64,000 nucleotides of DNA from positions 103,850,001-103,914,000 of the forward strand of contig OZ024742.1 in assembly GCA_964016885.1 (NCBI GenBank), read 5' to 3'. The translations under genes were made by a program, and so were the position numbers. Origin of the DNA: Eledone cirrhosa. Taxonomy: Eukaryota. This document shows positions 51,630 through 64,000 of the stretch, piece after piece (the stretch's first letter is position 1; each line of letters opens with the position of its first letter). The notes under the pieces were generated by a model that worked only from the letters and a program-made list of their open reading frames with translations, did not search any database and was not told where the DNA came from.

Positions 51630-52962
51630 ATTCAAAAAGAAAGATGATGATTGAAAACAGAATTACTTCTTGCAAGCTTAAATAATTGTTTTTCAATCAC
51701 CTACTACTGTTGATACTGTACACAGCAGAGAGTAAAGTTTGGCCATTCGCACTTCACTATTGCAGAATATGAAATTATTCCATGTGGTGAGAAAAAGGAA
51801 GCTTGTGTGTTCCTGAAATCCAAAGAAGAACATTCACTCATACCAGAATCAGAATCTCCAGATAAGGCTAGAAGTAGCATATACCACTTTCCAGAATTTC
51901 TTACTATTTTCTTGTGTTGGAAAAGGTGTGAAGGAGGTGTACTTGCTACTTAAAATTTTAAGTTTTAAAGGTAAGAATCTTACTGAATACCCATATTAAC
52001 CTTTTCATTGTATGTATGCATGTATATATGGACCTAAGATGCCTGATAGAAGCATAAGGGTGTCATACAGATATACAGCATGTCTTGGGCATTTTAAACT
52101 GGGCAGAGCCAATGCCCTCTCCAGGTCTGAACACAGCTGAGAGAGAGAATAATAGAAATGAAGTGACAAAGAGATGAAGGATCGACTCTAGTATGACCTC
52201 AAAAGGATGAAATGCAAAGTTGACTTCAGCAGGGAGAACCAGAGAGAGCTGGAATGAATACCATAAAGCACTCTATCCAATGTTCTAATGACTGCCAATT
52301 TGCTACCTCATATACAGTAGATCAAACTCAATAAATAGTTTCCTACAAGATCCGCTGCATTTCATTACTTCTGTTTCACTACCGTACAGTATCAGACTCT
52401 TAGAATGTCTAACATAGTTGGCCTTTAGTACAAAATGTATTCTATCCAACATTCAATTTGTCACTTAAGCCTTTCATTACCATATTTCTAATGATACACA
52501 CTGTCTATAATTAGCAAACCATTTTGAACATTTTATTTTTTTTAAATTGAGGGATTTAGTAATATAACTAATCTGGTGTTTGGAACATATGTTAAAAATT
52601 GATGTAAGATTTTTAGAAGCCAAAGTTGAGAGCGGGTGAAGAAGAGGCAAAGAAAATCCTGGTCTGACAACAAGGACTGGACAAGTCACAACACTGATCC
52701 TTCTACACATGGCTAGGGAGAGAGACTAGTGGCAACTGCTGACTAGAGTGGCGCACCAACAACTGGCTGCAACAGTGCAAGAACTTGATTGATCATTGAT
52801 TTATCTAGCAACATCTGATCACAATAGTAGATAATAGTATATCATAACAATTCTAAAAGAGGTTGCAACAGAGATGCGTTTCTAATATTTTTCCCTTCAA
52901 TCAAACTCAGATGATCGCCTTTCATCCTTCCAGATCCAATAAAATATAGTACTGGTCAAGTA

Positions 52963-53173
52963 TTAATCCTTTAACATTTAAACCGTAGCCAGCAGAATTC
53001 TCTCACCTCTTTCTGTTCAAACCAGCCGTAACTAGCCATTCATACGGATGTTAAGGTATTGTCCTCAAAATAAATAATATCAAAATCTCATAGATTCAAT
53101 ATTATGTGAGATAAAGTGTTTACTGTGAAAATACAATAGTAAATATTGAGTAATGTAAATGCTAAAGGGTTAA
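52963..53173. mobile_element. piggyBac-type MITE family B, reverse orientation
   Basis: TTAA|TCCTTTAACATTTA ... TAAATGCTAAAGGG|TTAA. Confidence 0.8.
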
Positions 53174-55104
53174 GGTGAGTTTAATTGACCATTACTGATG
53201 TCTCACAGGTTTCTTCAGACCAAGGCTGAGAATCTCCTGCACTTTAACGGTGGATTCAAAATGTCCTTCAAATACTCATGTTTTAAAGGAGAAAGTCATT
53301 ATTTCTTTGACTTTTAACTCTTATTAACACCAAACTGCCCTGGTTCTGCAGTATAAAACTATTTATTTTAAAGTTTTTATATATATCTAAAAACTCTCCA
53401 TCATGATTTTATGAATCTTTGTTTAGTTTATGTTAAAAAAAAACAGTTTAATAATGAGAAAATTAGTTATGAGATCTAGTAAATTAGCTCTTTTTATACC
53501 AAACTGCCTTTAACCGCCCATAAAACCCTTCCATCATAATTCTATTTAAGAATTTTTGTTAATGCTTCAAACACCAGTTTAAAAATGAAAAAGTTGGTTA
53601 TATCATTAAATCACTCAAAATTCTAGATTATTTTCAAAGTTATTTGAAAACCATAGGCAATGTCTTTCATTAGAAATATAGAAAGGAACGGGTTAATTTA
53701 TATAACAGGTTTCTTTGTATCGACATAAACAATTTTAACATGATTAGCTCTTAGTTGATTAACTTCAATCTGATGCAATTTGTAAACTATAGTGAACTAT
53801 ATCAAACAAATATTTGAATGGATAACAAAAACTGTTTGTATATTCTAAGTAGTGGTGTTTATCAAAGCATTGGAGTAATTATTGCATTTGTTTTGTTTTT
53901 TTTATCATTTAGTCAAAAGAAAGGACAGTGCATATGACCCTTTTTAGAGCCTTCGTGACTAGTAGAAATGAGGAAGGAAGGGAAAAAGCTATCCTCAAAC
54001 CGGAAAGCTGGTCCAAATGCATACAACAGTGCAGATTCTGCTAAATGCACACAAAGGCTAGGCAATAGTGTTAAACCTCACCAACCCAGTAGGCTACAGC
54101 AGGATTTGAAGAAATGCTGCAAAGTATACCATCCAATGATCTCACAATTTCACCAATCCACCAAAGACCCTGGAAGGATGACAGGCAAAGTTGGCTTTGA
54201 ACTCAAAATGCAATAAATATTGCAAAGCCTTTCATCTAATGACCTAATGCTTCCTCCAATTTAATACTTTGAACATTTTACAAAATGTACCCACCCCTTT
54301 GCTTCATTTTTACATTTACTTAGTGATCAAAATCTGCCAAAGGGGTGGCTAAATTTGCAGGATGTTCAAAGAGATAACTGACTTAATACTGTTTCAACAT
54401 ACTGTAGTCAAGAAATTCTGATAGTACTTAGGTACCAAAGAGGAACTGATCCACTTAAAACACTAACCTATTGACAAGGTGTAGACAGATTAGAAAAAGT
54501 AAACAACATCATATTTAAAATATTTCCCTACCTAATCCTGTAAAAAGGCATACAAATATAACCCATTCTAATAAATTCATACACCAACATGTATATACAC
54601 ACACATAAATACACTAAAATATATGCACACATACCATACATACCCTGTAATAGATGGTGTAATGGCATCCATACAGTTAGGAAATAGTTGGTAAGCTGAA
54701 ATTTTGTACATCAGCTTCTAATTATTAAAAAACTACAACATTCTTCAAAAATGGTACACACATTCACACAAACATGGCGACACGTGCAAAGACACGCGCG
54801 CACACACAAAGAGAAAGACATACATACCGACCAAGAACAAAACCAACACCAATAACAGTTTCCCTGCTTCAAATTCACAATGTGGTAGTCAGTTCATATG
54901 TGGGGACTAAGGAAGTCAGGTCTTGTGGTATTCAATATAGAAATTAGTGGGGTATCTATGTAGAGTTTAGTGTGACTGAACAAGTAGGGTTTAGCAGGCA
55001 AATTAGGGCAGGCTATGTAAGATACAGTGTGACAAAAGAGACATTTTATGTGAAATTAGTGAGAGTATAAAGTCATGATATGTAACATTTAGTGCAACAA
55101 AGAA

Positions 55105-56333
55105 TTAGGGTGTTAGGAAAGTAATTGTGTTTTTCCAAAAACAAATATAAGCTACATTCATATGAATAATTTTAATCAAGAATGTAATCGCCATCATTTT
55201 CAATGGCTGCAGCCCAACAGGAAGGCAACTTTTTTATGTTCACAAAAACCTATGTTCACAAAAACCTATTTCTTTTCCTGAAAAAAAAATCTGAAAGACT
55301 ATTTTCAACTTCCTCTCTGCTTTTGAATGTTTTGCCTCTTATAAAATGTTCTAGTGATTGGAACAGATAGAAATCCATAGATGCTAAGTCAGGTGAATAT
55401 GGAGGATGTGGAAGAACTTCCCATCCTAATTATCTATTTTTTCTTGGGTTTGTTTTGCAGAGAGTGGACGTGCATTGTCATGCTGGAGAAGGACACCTTT
55501 TCTGTTTACCAAAGCAGGCCACTTTCCACGTAATTTTCATTTACTCAATCAAGTTGTTGGCAATAGACGTTTGCATTAATGGTCTTTCCATGTTCCAGAA
55601 GCTTGTAATGGATGATACCTTTCATATTCCACCAAACACAGTGCAAGGCTTTTTGTGGATGGAGTTCTGGTTTTGGTATTGACCTCTCATTACGTGATAA
55701 CCATAGTTTTTTTTTCGTTTTCTGTTGTGATGTAAAACCCATTTTTCATCACCTGTAACAATGTGCAGCAGAAATGACAGGTGGTTATTCCTGGTTAGAA
55801 GCCTGCTGCAAATTTTGGAATGTGTTTGGTTCTCAAACGTAAGCTCATGTGGAACCCAAATTCCCTCTTTGCATGTTTTCCCAATTTGCTTGAGATGTTC
55901 GTGGATATTTGAGCAGGATACCTTAAATGTATGTGCCAAATCTCCAATACAATAGTCTCAATCAAAAGGTTGTCTTCCGGAGTGAGGCTTGTCGGATATG
56001 TCAATCACCATCTTTAAATCTTTTAAACCACAGCCGACATGTATTAGTTTTTATTGCATCCAGATACACTTCACAAATGTTTTTCACTGCTTCTGTAGCA
56101 GTACTGTTCTTTCGAAACTCATACAGTAAGCAATGACAAATATGTTGTTTCATAAAGTTCTTATCCTACATGGGGTTAATTACTGAAATAACTATGAATG
56201 ACACACTGCCATATATACTGAACTATTTTAAACAGTTCCCACCCATTCAACCTTGGCTTAGATGTGATTGGTTGATTGATTGATTCATATTTCATAGTGG
56301 TGAAAAAATGCAATTACTTTCCAAACACCCTAA
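55105..56333 (-). mobile_element. Full-length decayed mariner (DD34D), transposase pseudogene about 56153 to 55172
   Basis: TIRs TTAGGGTGTTAGGAAAGTAATTG and CAATTACTTTCCAAACACCCTAA. Motifs WVPHEL, IVTGDEKWV, HDNARP and HPPYSPDLA, with frameshifts. Confidence 0.93.
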
Positions 56334-56352
56334 TATTTTGTGTGGGGTTTAT

Positions 56353-56530
56353 TGACAGTGAGAGCAGTTGGGTGAGATTTAGTATGACAGTGAGGGCAGT
56401 TGGGTGAGATTTAGTATGGCAGTGAGGGAAGTTGAGTGGGATTTAGTATGGCAGTGAAAGTAGCATAGAAGTGAAAAAGTTATGTGGGATTTAAGTATTA
56501 TAGTGAGGCCTGGTGGGTGGAGTTTAGTGT
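56353..56530. repeat. 32-bp minisatellite TGACAGTGAGGGCAGTTGGGTGAGATTTAGTA, about 3 good units plus decayed units
   Basis: Direct reading. Decayed GT-rich units ending TTTAGT also lie left of the mariner. Confidence 0.8.
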
Positions 56531-57033
56531 AGTAATCAGATCTTGTTGCTTTGGATTCAATTTTTTCATGAGGGCATGGTGATTTGATCATTAATGTAAC
56601 AATCAGAGTATTACTGGTGAAATTTGGTGAAACAGAATAGGACTTGTGTGTGGTTTGACAAGATAATGAGGGCATGGTATGTGGGGTTTAGCGCATCAGT
56701 CAGAATTATGTGTAATTAGGGTTAGCAAATTGTTTGTAGAATACCGATTCATATTTAGTAATAATAATAACGATTTCTGATTGCATTAAAAGCCTGAGGA
56801 CAAAAACAAAGGTTTTGTTGTTCATATCTTTCCCAGGGACACTTATTATGTAAGGGGGGAAGATGTGACATGAGACTCATTGATAATCAAATGCAGGCTC
56901 AAGTTGTACAGTGAAACTGATTGATAATATATAATATAGATCAGACTCAAGTCAGCACTAACCAAAAGTGCTCCAATTACAACCATCACATCTTTTGAAC
57001 AGTACATCTAAAACTATATTATTTAAGGTGTCC

Positions 57034-57222
57034 AAAGGTGGTGGATTGGCAGTATCGGTAGAGGGTCGGACGCCATGCTTTGCAGCAAAGAGTTACGGCC
57101 CTTTATGGTCTGAGTTCAAATCCCGCCAAGGTTAACTTTGCCTTTCATCCTTACGGGGTCGATAAAATAAAGTACCAGTAATATACTGGTTAATTGCTGG
57201 CCTTGTGCCAAAAGTAGAAACA
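57034..57222 (+). mobile_element. Full-length young S1 SINE
   Basis: TSD ATTATTTAAGGTGTCC at 57018-57033 and 57223-57238. Confidence 0.93.
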
Positions 57223-57286
57223 ATTATTTAAGGTGTCCTTTTTTAAAATAGTAGATTGTGATGTGTTATTTCTGAAAGGAGAGTAC

Positions 57287-57524
57287 AACTTTATTTCACA
57301 TTGCTCCAGTTTACTCAGCTGTAGAAATGAGATGATAGGCACTGGGGTCCATATAATTCCACTGCAAAGTGGTTGTGGAGGTGCCACGGCAAAAAAACAC
57401 CCAGCACTCACTGTAAATGAGGTTGGTGTTAGGAAGGGCATCCAGCTGTAGAAATCAAGCCAGAATCAGTTCCCATCCCACCCTTGCAAACAGGGAAAAG
57501 CGGACGTAAAATGAAATGAAATGA
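57287..57524 (+). mobile_element. 5'-truncated SINE S3
   Basis: Matches the reverse complement of 43586-43870 with one fewer 3' unit. Tail (AAATG)n. Confidence 0.88.
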
Positions 57525-57864
57525 ACCAATTATATCAACCCCCCAATACATGTCTGGTACTTTATGTATTGAACCAAACACTAATAATTAAAAAAATAAT
57601 AAAAATTAAAAAAAACAATATCAATCTCAGCACGTTTTGAACTTAAAATGCAAGAAGATAATACAGTTAACCACTTTGCCTAATGGTTTACCGATTCTGC
57701 TAAAAGATTTCTCACTTTGACACAAGGACACAAACTATGAGGGAGCTGAAATAATGAAGCCCAGTACTTGACTGGTACTTAACTTATCAAGTCAAAAGTG
57801 ATAAAAGAAAATCAACTGCTACTTTAGAGTTAAGTGGATTGGGGGAAAGAAACAATTGTTACCA

Positions 57865-57907
<43 letters not shown>

Positions 57908-58656
57908 TCTCCCACTCATGGAAACCCCCCCCAAAAAAATTATGCAAAATAGTAGAGAAAAATGCAATGTTACACACACTTGGCCTTAACCACTTAGTGT
58001 GTACTTTCTTAAGGTCTAACTGCAATACTAAATGCAACAAGTGTATACAGTAAGTATTTATAGAAATTGATTAATTTATAATATATATTAAGAGTGATTA
58101 AACTTGAAGTATATTTAAATGTAAAAATTGCATTGCACTGGTATCCAGTCCAGAGGTGTGTCTAAATACATGACAGGACTGGGAAACCCTATTGTTAAAA
58201 CACTTGAAAAACCTTATCAGATGCAATGCCATTTGAGATCAGTTAAACTAAGATGAGTCTGTTGTGATAACTATAAACAATAACAAAATATATTTGTGAA
58301 AACATTTTTATTGGAAAAAATGTTTCATAAATAATTTTCATTTTCCTTAGTGCTTTTTAAATTTGTTTTATAGATATTACAGATTGATTTATTGTGTAGT
58401 CATTTAGAATATTTAGTCTTTATAAGACCCTAACAACTCAACTATCATGTATCCTACTATGTGGTCCTTTACTAGGGTCTAAATGTAACACCATAAATTA
58501 TTGGCCCTTTTGATACCAACCCACATAAAACTAACATAAGTTCTATGAAACAAAACCACCCATTTTAAAAGGTTCCTATTTAAATTAAAATCTTCCAACA
58601 TAATTTTATATAAAAACTATGTTACATTACTATCATAGTAATGAAATCATATATCT

Positions 58657-58809
58657 TATCATTTATGCATCCACTTTTCCATGCTGGCATGGGATGATTT
58701 GAGACAGATTTACAGCCGGATGCCCTTCTTGATGCCAATTCTTTTAGTTGCCTATTATGACATGCAACGATACAGTGTATCTATTCTAAAATCCTGGATA
58801 CACATGGCA
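58657..58809 (-). mobile_element. Bipartite RTE-derived element nested in a family A MITE
   Basis: Homologous to 8376-8543 over its full length. Confidence 0.6.
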
Positions 58810-60178
58810 TACACGATTAATCATTTTAATAAATCCCTCAAAATTCTTCATTAATTGAAATAGAGTGTATTTCATTAGAAATAATCCCTGTTGAAGGGAT
58901 TAACCACTTAAAAACTGTACATGTCCCTGTCATCCCTCACTCAAATTCAACTAAAGGTTATCAACCTCAAGTTGTTAACACCTACAAAGATTAGCAAAAC
59001 AGATTTACAATGTCACTGTGGTTATTTCTACAAGAATACTTGCAAATTAAACTGTTTCCTGGGAGGAACCAAACATAATTGGTTCATGATGTTATCTCCA
59101 GACTATCAATCCTCCCATTATTCCAATTGTTTTCTACCAATGTTTTTAAATGCCACATATACTGAACTTGCTTGGTTCACAGCCAATATATTCCAGCTAT
59201 TCCCTCTAGTATCTTTTAATGAGTTCTTTACTTTTGCTAGTGCCAACTAATAAAACAAACTCACAAACATGCCTTCAACACACACACACACATTGTATTC
59301 CTACATTCTGTAAACTATATTCAGTCTTGAAGTTATTTAGAGAAACATCAAATATAGATGGTCAGTGTTACATAACACTAGCTTCCCCACCAACCATGAC
59401 AGATCTACCTTTTAGATTACTATGGCTTCTCTACAGCACTACACCAGCAGCAATCACCAGTCGGCTACACAAGGTACTATACTCCATCAGCAAATTGGGA
59501 GAGCTGTTAGAATGGCAGATAGAATGCTTAGCATTATTTGTTCTGATGCTTTATGTTCTGAGTTCAAATCTGACAAAAGTCAACTTTGCCTTTCATCCTT
59601 TCGAGGTTGATAAAAAAAAAAAGTACCAGCCCAGTACTCGGGTAGATTTTTCCTCCTCACTCTCTCCCTTCTCCTTTTCTGGAAGAAATTGGCTTTGTTC
59701 AAACCTGGAGAGGATGGTCTCTACCAGGTCTAGAATGCCCAAGGCATGCCATATGCAGTCCTATGACTCCATTAACAGGTACATGTCCATACATACACAC
59801 TATAGAACCATAGATCACCAATGAACTTCACTACAATACCACCAGTCAACTACACAACTGCACATATTCTAATTTTATTTATGAAAAATTGGAGAAGTAG
59901 AAAATATTTTGAATAAGGATATTTGAAATTATAAAGATACTACAGTGTTACCCATCATATGACAGGTAATTTTGGAAGTATTCATTTGCCACTGTGGGTA
60001 ACAGTAGACTGATAAAAAAAATGTATAAATGTATTAATAAATTTAAATAAATTCAATACACCTGTATTTTGCTAAAAATGATTCATTATAGTGATCACGC
60101 TCAAGTACAACAACTATTAAATAAAGCAAAGAAAAAAAATTGAGTAAGGCAACATATATTTCCATATATCTTTATTCA

Positions 60179-60219
<41 letters not shown>

Positions 60220-61223
60220 AGAGTGAATAGAAAGCCCCAACTCTATACAAATTATAAACAGGTGACAATTGTTTGTTTGAGTGTATATGTTCATGTGTGA
60301 ACTCTCACTTTAGTCTCTGTTATCTGTTCTATTTATCTCTCACTTTACCTGCCACTCAGCTCAGTATGTATGCTCCTCATTCAATCCATATGTTAATTCT
60401 CTTTTACTTCCCCCGTCTTTCTATATGGTGTCAAACATGATGTCTGACACAATGACCAACTAACAATTTGAGTACTATATATTAGAAATGATAAATACAA
60501 CACCAACATTACTGCACCGGTTCAATTGGCTTTCTCTAGTATAGCATCTCACCATTTGCAGTGATCCTTTGTCATCTCCTTTTACTTAAAATCCTCTTGC
60601 TACCAAACTGCTAGAAACCACCCCTTGGTTATATGATACAAAGCTATTTATTTTTAAGTGTTCATATTTATCTAAAAAGACATCCATTATAACTTTAGGT
60701 AAGTACCTTTGTTAAGTTATCTTCTAAACACCAGCTTAATAATGAAGAAGTTAATATTTACCAAATCCCTCTAAATTCTTTATTTAAAACAAATTTTCAA
60801 AATTACAGACTGTGTCAATTTTTTATTTATATCTATCTTCTATGTAATATCTATTTCTGCTGTATATAATAGTTACCAAGTCGTGTGGTGTAACAGTTAT
60901 AATCTGAGTAGATCAGAGCCAGTACACCTTACACAGTTTAACTACAATATATAAACCTATTAATATACTGTTTTATTTATTTTTATTTTTAACTATTTGA
61001 GATACATCTAAAACTACTGGTTATTGTGTGCAATATAGTTATTATATCAATATAAAACAATTACACACAGTATATACAACTTCATAATTATTAGATACAA
61101 TAGAAATAACAGTTAATAAAATATATAAATGGACAAATGCTGATGATGGTGATGAAATAGGTATTTTTAAAAATATCTATAAGCATCCTTATAATTTTAA
61201 GTATCTTTACAATAGGAACTTTA

Positions 61224-61417
61224 TTAACTCTTAATGTCCTGTTCTGCATGAAACTGCACTAGAAACCATTGTTGAAAAGTTTAAATCAATACTATGGCTA
61301 CATCACACAAAAAATAGTCATTACTTTACTTTACAGCAAAGATACTATAAACATTTGAATTAACAAACCTGTATTTAGATATTTTCTGCTAAATTATCAC
61401 ATGATATTAAGAGTTAA
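61224..61417. mobile_element. piggyBac-type MITE family C, uninterrupted
   Basis: TTAA|CTCTTAATGTCCTGT ... ACATGATATTAAGAG|TTAA. Confidence 0.75.
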
Positions 61418-62035
61418 ATATATCTAAAACTAGATTGCATGTAGTTGTGGATATATATACATATATCCATAATTGTATACACATATCAGCAGCAGAAACA
61501 TTTTACATATGCCTTCCATGCTGGAATGGGCTGGACAGATTGTCATGGTCCGAGACTAGATAGGTAGGAGAGACATTATCTTGCCCATACATTCCATATT
61601 TGACATGGTAGTTACAATTGGATGCCCTTCCTAACACCAACCACCAGAGTACTTGGTGCATATTATCATAGCAACAGTAATAGAGGGGATGTCATATATT
61701 CAACTGTGTAGCTGTAGTACCTTGTGTAGTTTACTTTCAACACCTATACCCAACTTTACCTATTCCCCCACCCCGTCATTATTTCATTTTCCTCCACCCC
61801 CCTTTCCCCTCCGTATTCTTTTCACCTTTTCTTGCCTTCTTATACCCTCAATCACTTTGTTTCAAAATCTTTAGCCTGCTTTACTTCACATTCCTTCCCT
61901 TCTTCCCTTCATTCTCCCTTTTCCCACTTTCCTTTGCTCTCTTTCACACTACTTCATCCATTTTATTCATTTTCTACTGGATCCATCCAAAGACAGACTG
62001 ATATGGTGTAGAGCATGAAATGGAAATATATACAT

Positions 62036-62083
<48 letters not shown>

Positions 62084-63526
62084 TCACACATATATGATGA
62101 GAGGATAGGCAGGGCATTCAGCCATAGAAAACTTGCTTAAAGGATTTGGAAGATTACTCAGCTGTGTCGAAGACATGACAACCTCACTAGTGCTGGTGCC
62201 ACTAAGTAATGCACATAGTGCACACTGTTAAGTGTGGGAGCATATGTAAGTGAGAAGTGATCTACCTAGCAGAGAAAATATATCTCCATCATTAAATGAT
62301 GAAGATATATCCAACCCATGGAAAAATGGATCAAAATTCTTTGCATATGTCATATCTAAGGATAGAACAAAATATAGTGGATACTTGGAACATGCATGCA
62401 TCTATCATTGCATCTATCCATCCATTTGGATGGATGGATAGATAGACATCAATAGATATAGCAAATTAAGATGTCGTTTATAGAGTAACAAAGTCCTTGC
62501 TAACTGATATAAAATGACAAGATAAATAAGAATAGTAGAAGCTGAACCAAAGTTTGTTTTATTTTTGTTTGTTTTATTTTTGTTTGTTTATTTAATATTG
62601 AAATAATCATCCAATAGCAAAAGGTAGAGGATTCAATAAATGAACTATGTGAAGATTCAGGGACAGGGTAGGTATTATCAAATACGATCCACACATTCCA
62701 GCTACAATATATTTAAAAACAAATGTTATGATAAAGATGTGCATAAGTGAAAATCTAATCAAAAGGTAATAATTATTGGCAGCTGCTTGAGAGATCATAA
62801 TTATTATTGTTGTTGTTGCTGCTGCTTTTTGTTTGCTTATATTTTTTAGTGTTGCATTCTTCCCGAATCTAAATACTCACTGGGCTAAGTAATTACTACA
62901 GGGATCTATGAATATGATTGTCAATGCTAGTTCTCTTAAGTTGTCTCTGGGGTTGAATACTGTATCTCATTACTGTGAAAACCCTTGATATTTAATGGCT
63001 TCTAGGTTTTCAAAATAGAAAATACATAAAAGGTTGCATTTGATTGTAATTACTTAATGATTAATGCTGGAGTGTTAAGGGTAAAGTTAAGGTGAACTGA
63101 GTTAGCAACCTAGTTTCAGTTCTTATTTGAAACCATAAACACCATGAAACCATAAACACCATTATTACAAAATATTTCTCTTTCATTTGTGGTTATGCAA
63201 GAAATGATTATTACCAATGATGTTGCTGTTATGACATGTTAATTGCTACTGAAACAGACCCATAGCATAGAAGTAGCTAATAAAACCATTGTCTTACATC
63301 CTAGATATGTGAAGCTTGTCTGAGCTGGTACTATGCTGAACAATGCTATATAACAGTTGGTTATTTATGGTACAGCAAGGCTATCAGAACACACTACATT
63401 CATGCTGTCCTATCCTGTTTATGTATATTCAGAGGTTCTAAATGCTGCCTAAGGCAGTTTATAAATATGGCTCAAAAATAATCCCAAATTTGGAGAACTT
63501 TAATAGAATAATTATTTCATTATTAA

Positions 63527-63628
63527 TCCTGCCGAGGTTAACTTTGCCTTTCATCCTTACGGTGTCAATAAAATAAAGTACCAGTAATGTACTGGGTAAT
63601 TGCTGGCCTTGTGCCAAAAGTAGAAACA
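63527..63628 (+). mobile_element. 5'-truncated young S1 SINE in a family A MITE
   Basis: TSD ATTATTAA at 63519-63526 and 63629-63636. Confidence 0.88.
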
Positions 63629-64000
63629 ATTATTAAACTGATGTTTAAAACATCACCTAACAAAAATGTTCTGAAATAAAATCATGATGGAAGGTTTTAA
63701 CATAAATACAACCTTTAAAATGGGCTGAGTTGTATTGTAAAACCAAGGCTGGTTTCAGGCGTGTTGATATCAAAAGGATTAAATATATCTAAGCTGTGGT
63801 ACAATTTGAACATATTAGCAAGTAATTAGTAGCCTAGCATCTTAACCACAAAGCCATTATGTCTCAAATAATGAGGAACAATAAACTTGTGTGATATGAG
63901 ATATTATACCAATATTTCAAATTAATCCTCCTCTTTAATCTGTAACTCCTGGTGGAGTCATAAGAGTGCATAGTGACACTTTAAACCGAGTTGAGACCAT

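Noticed and set aside
57034-57130. tRNA genes
   Set aside because: A/B boxes belong to multicopy SINE heads with TSDs. No cloverleaf.

Overview
AT-rich, CpG-poor, repeat-dense animal genomic DNA. The RTE LINEs with (GAT)n tails and the tRNA/Nin-type SINEs point to a coleoid cephalopod, probably an octopod; this is inference from repeat style. The only host coding sequence I can support is one 82-bp minus-strand exon (21924-22005) of a Rho-associated kinase (ROCK) gene, which the ORF track misses, so the window is probably two very large ROCK introns. These introns hold three long copies of an RTE LINE with a PHD finger inserted inside the RT, a BovB-like RTE fragment, several SINE families, two mariner remnants, a near-complete DD37D/maT transposon, a non-autonomous Helitron, three piggyBac-type MITE families, a 58-unit 24/25-bp minisatellite and two adjacent long fold-back palindromes. 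The least expected signal is a tandem array of covarying H-type pseudoknot units in the RTE 3' UTR, which a partner SINE has also captured. Coordinates were read by eye: sharp for young elements, approximate for decayed ones.
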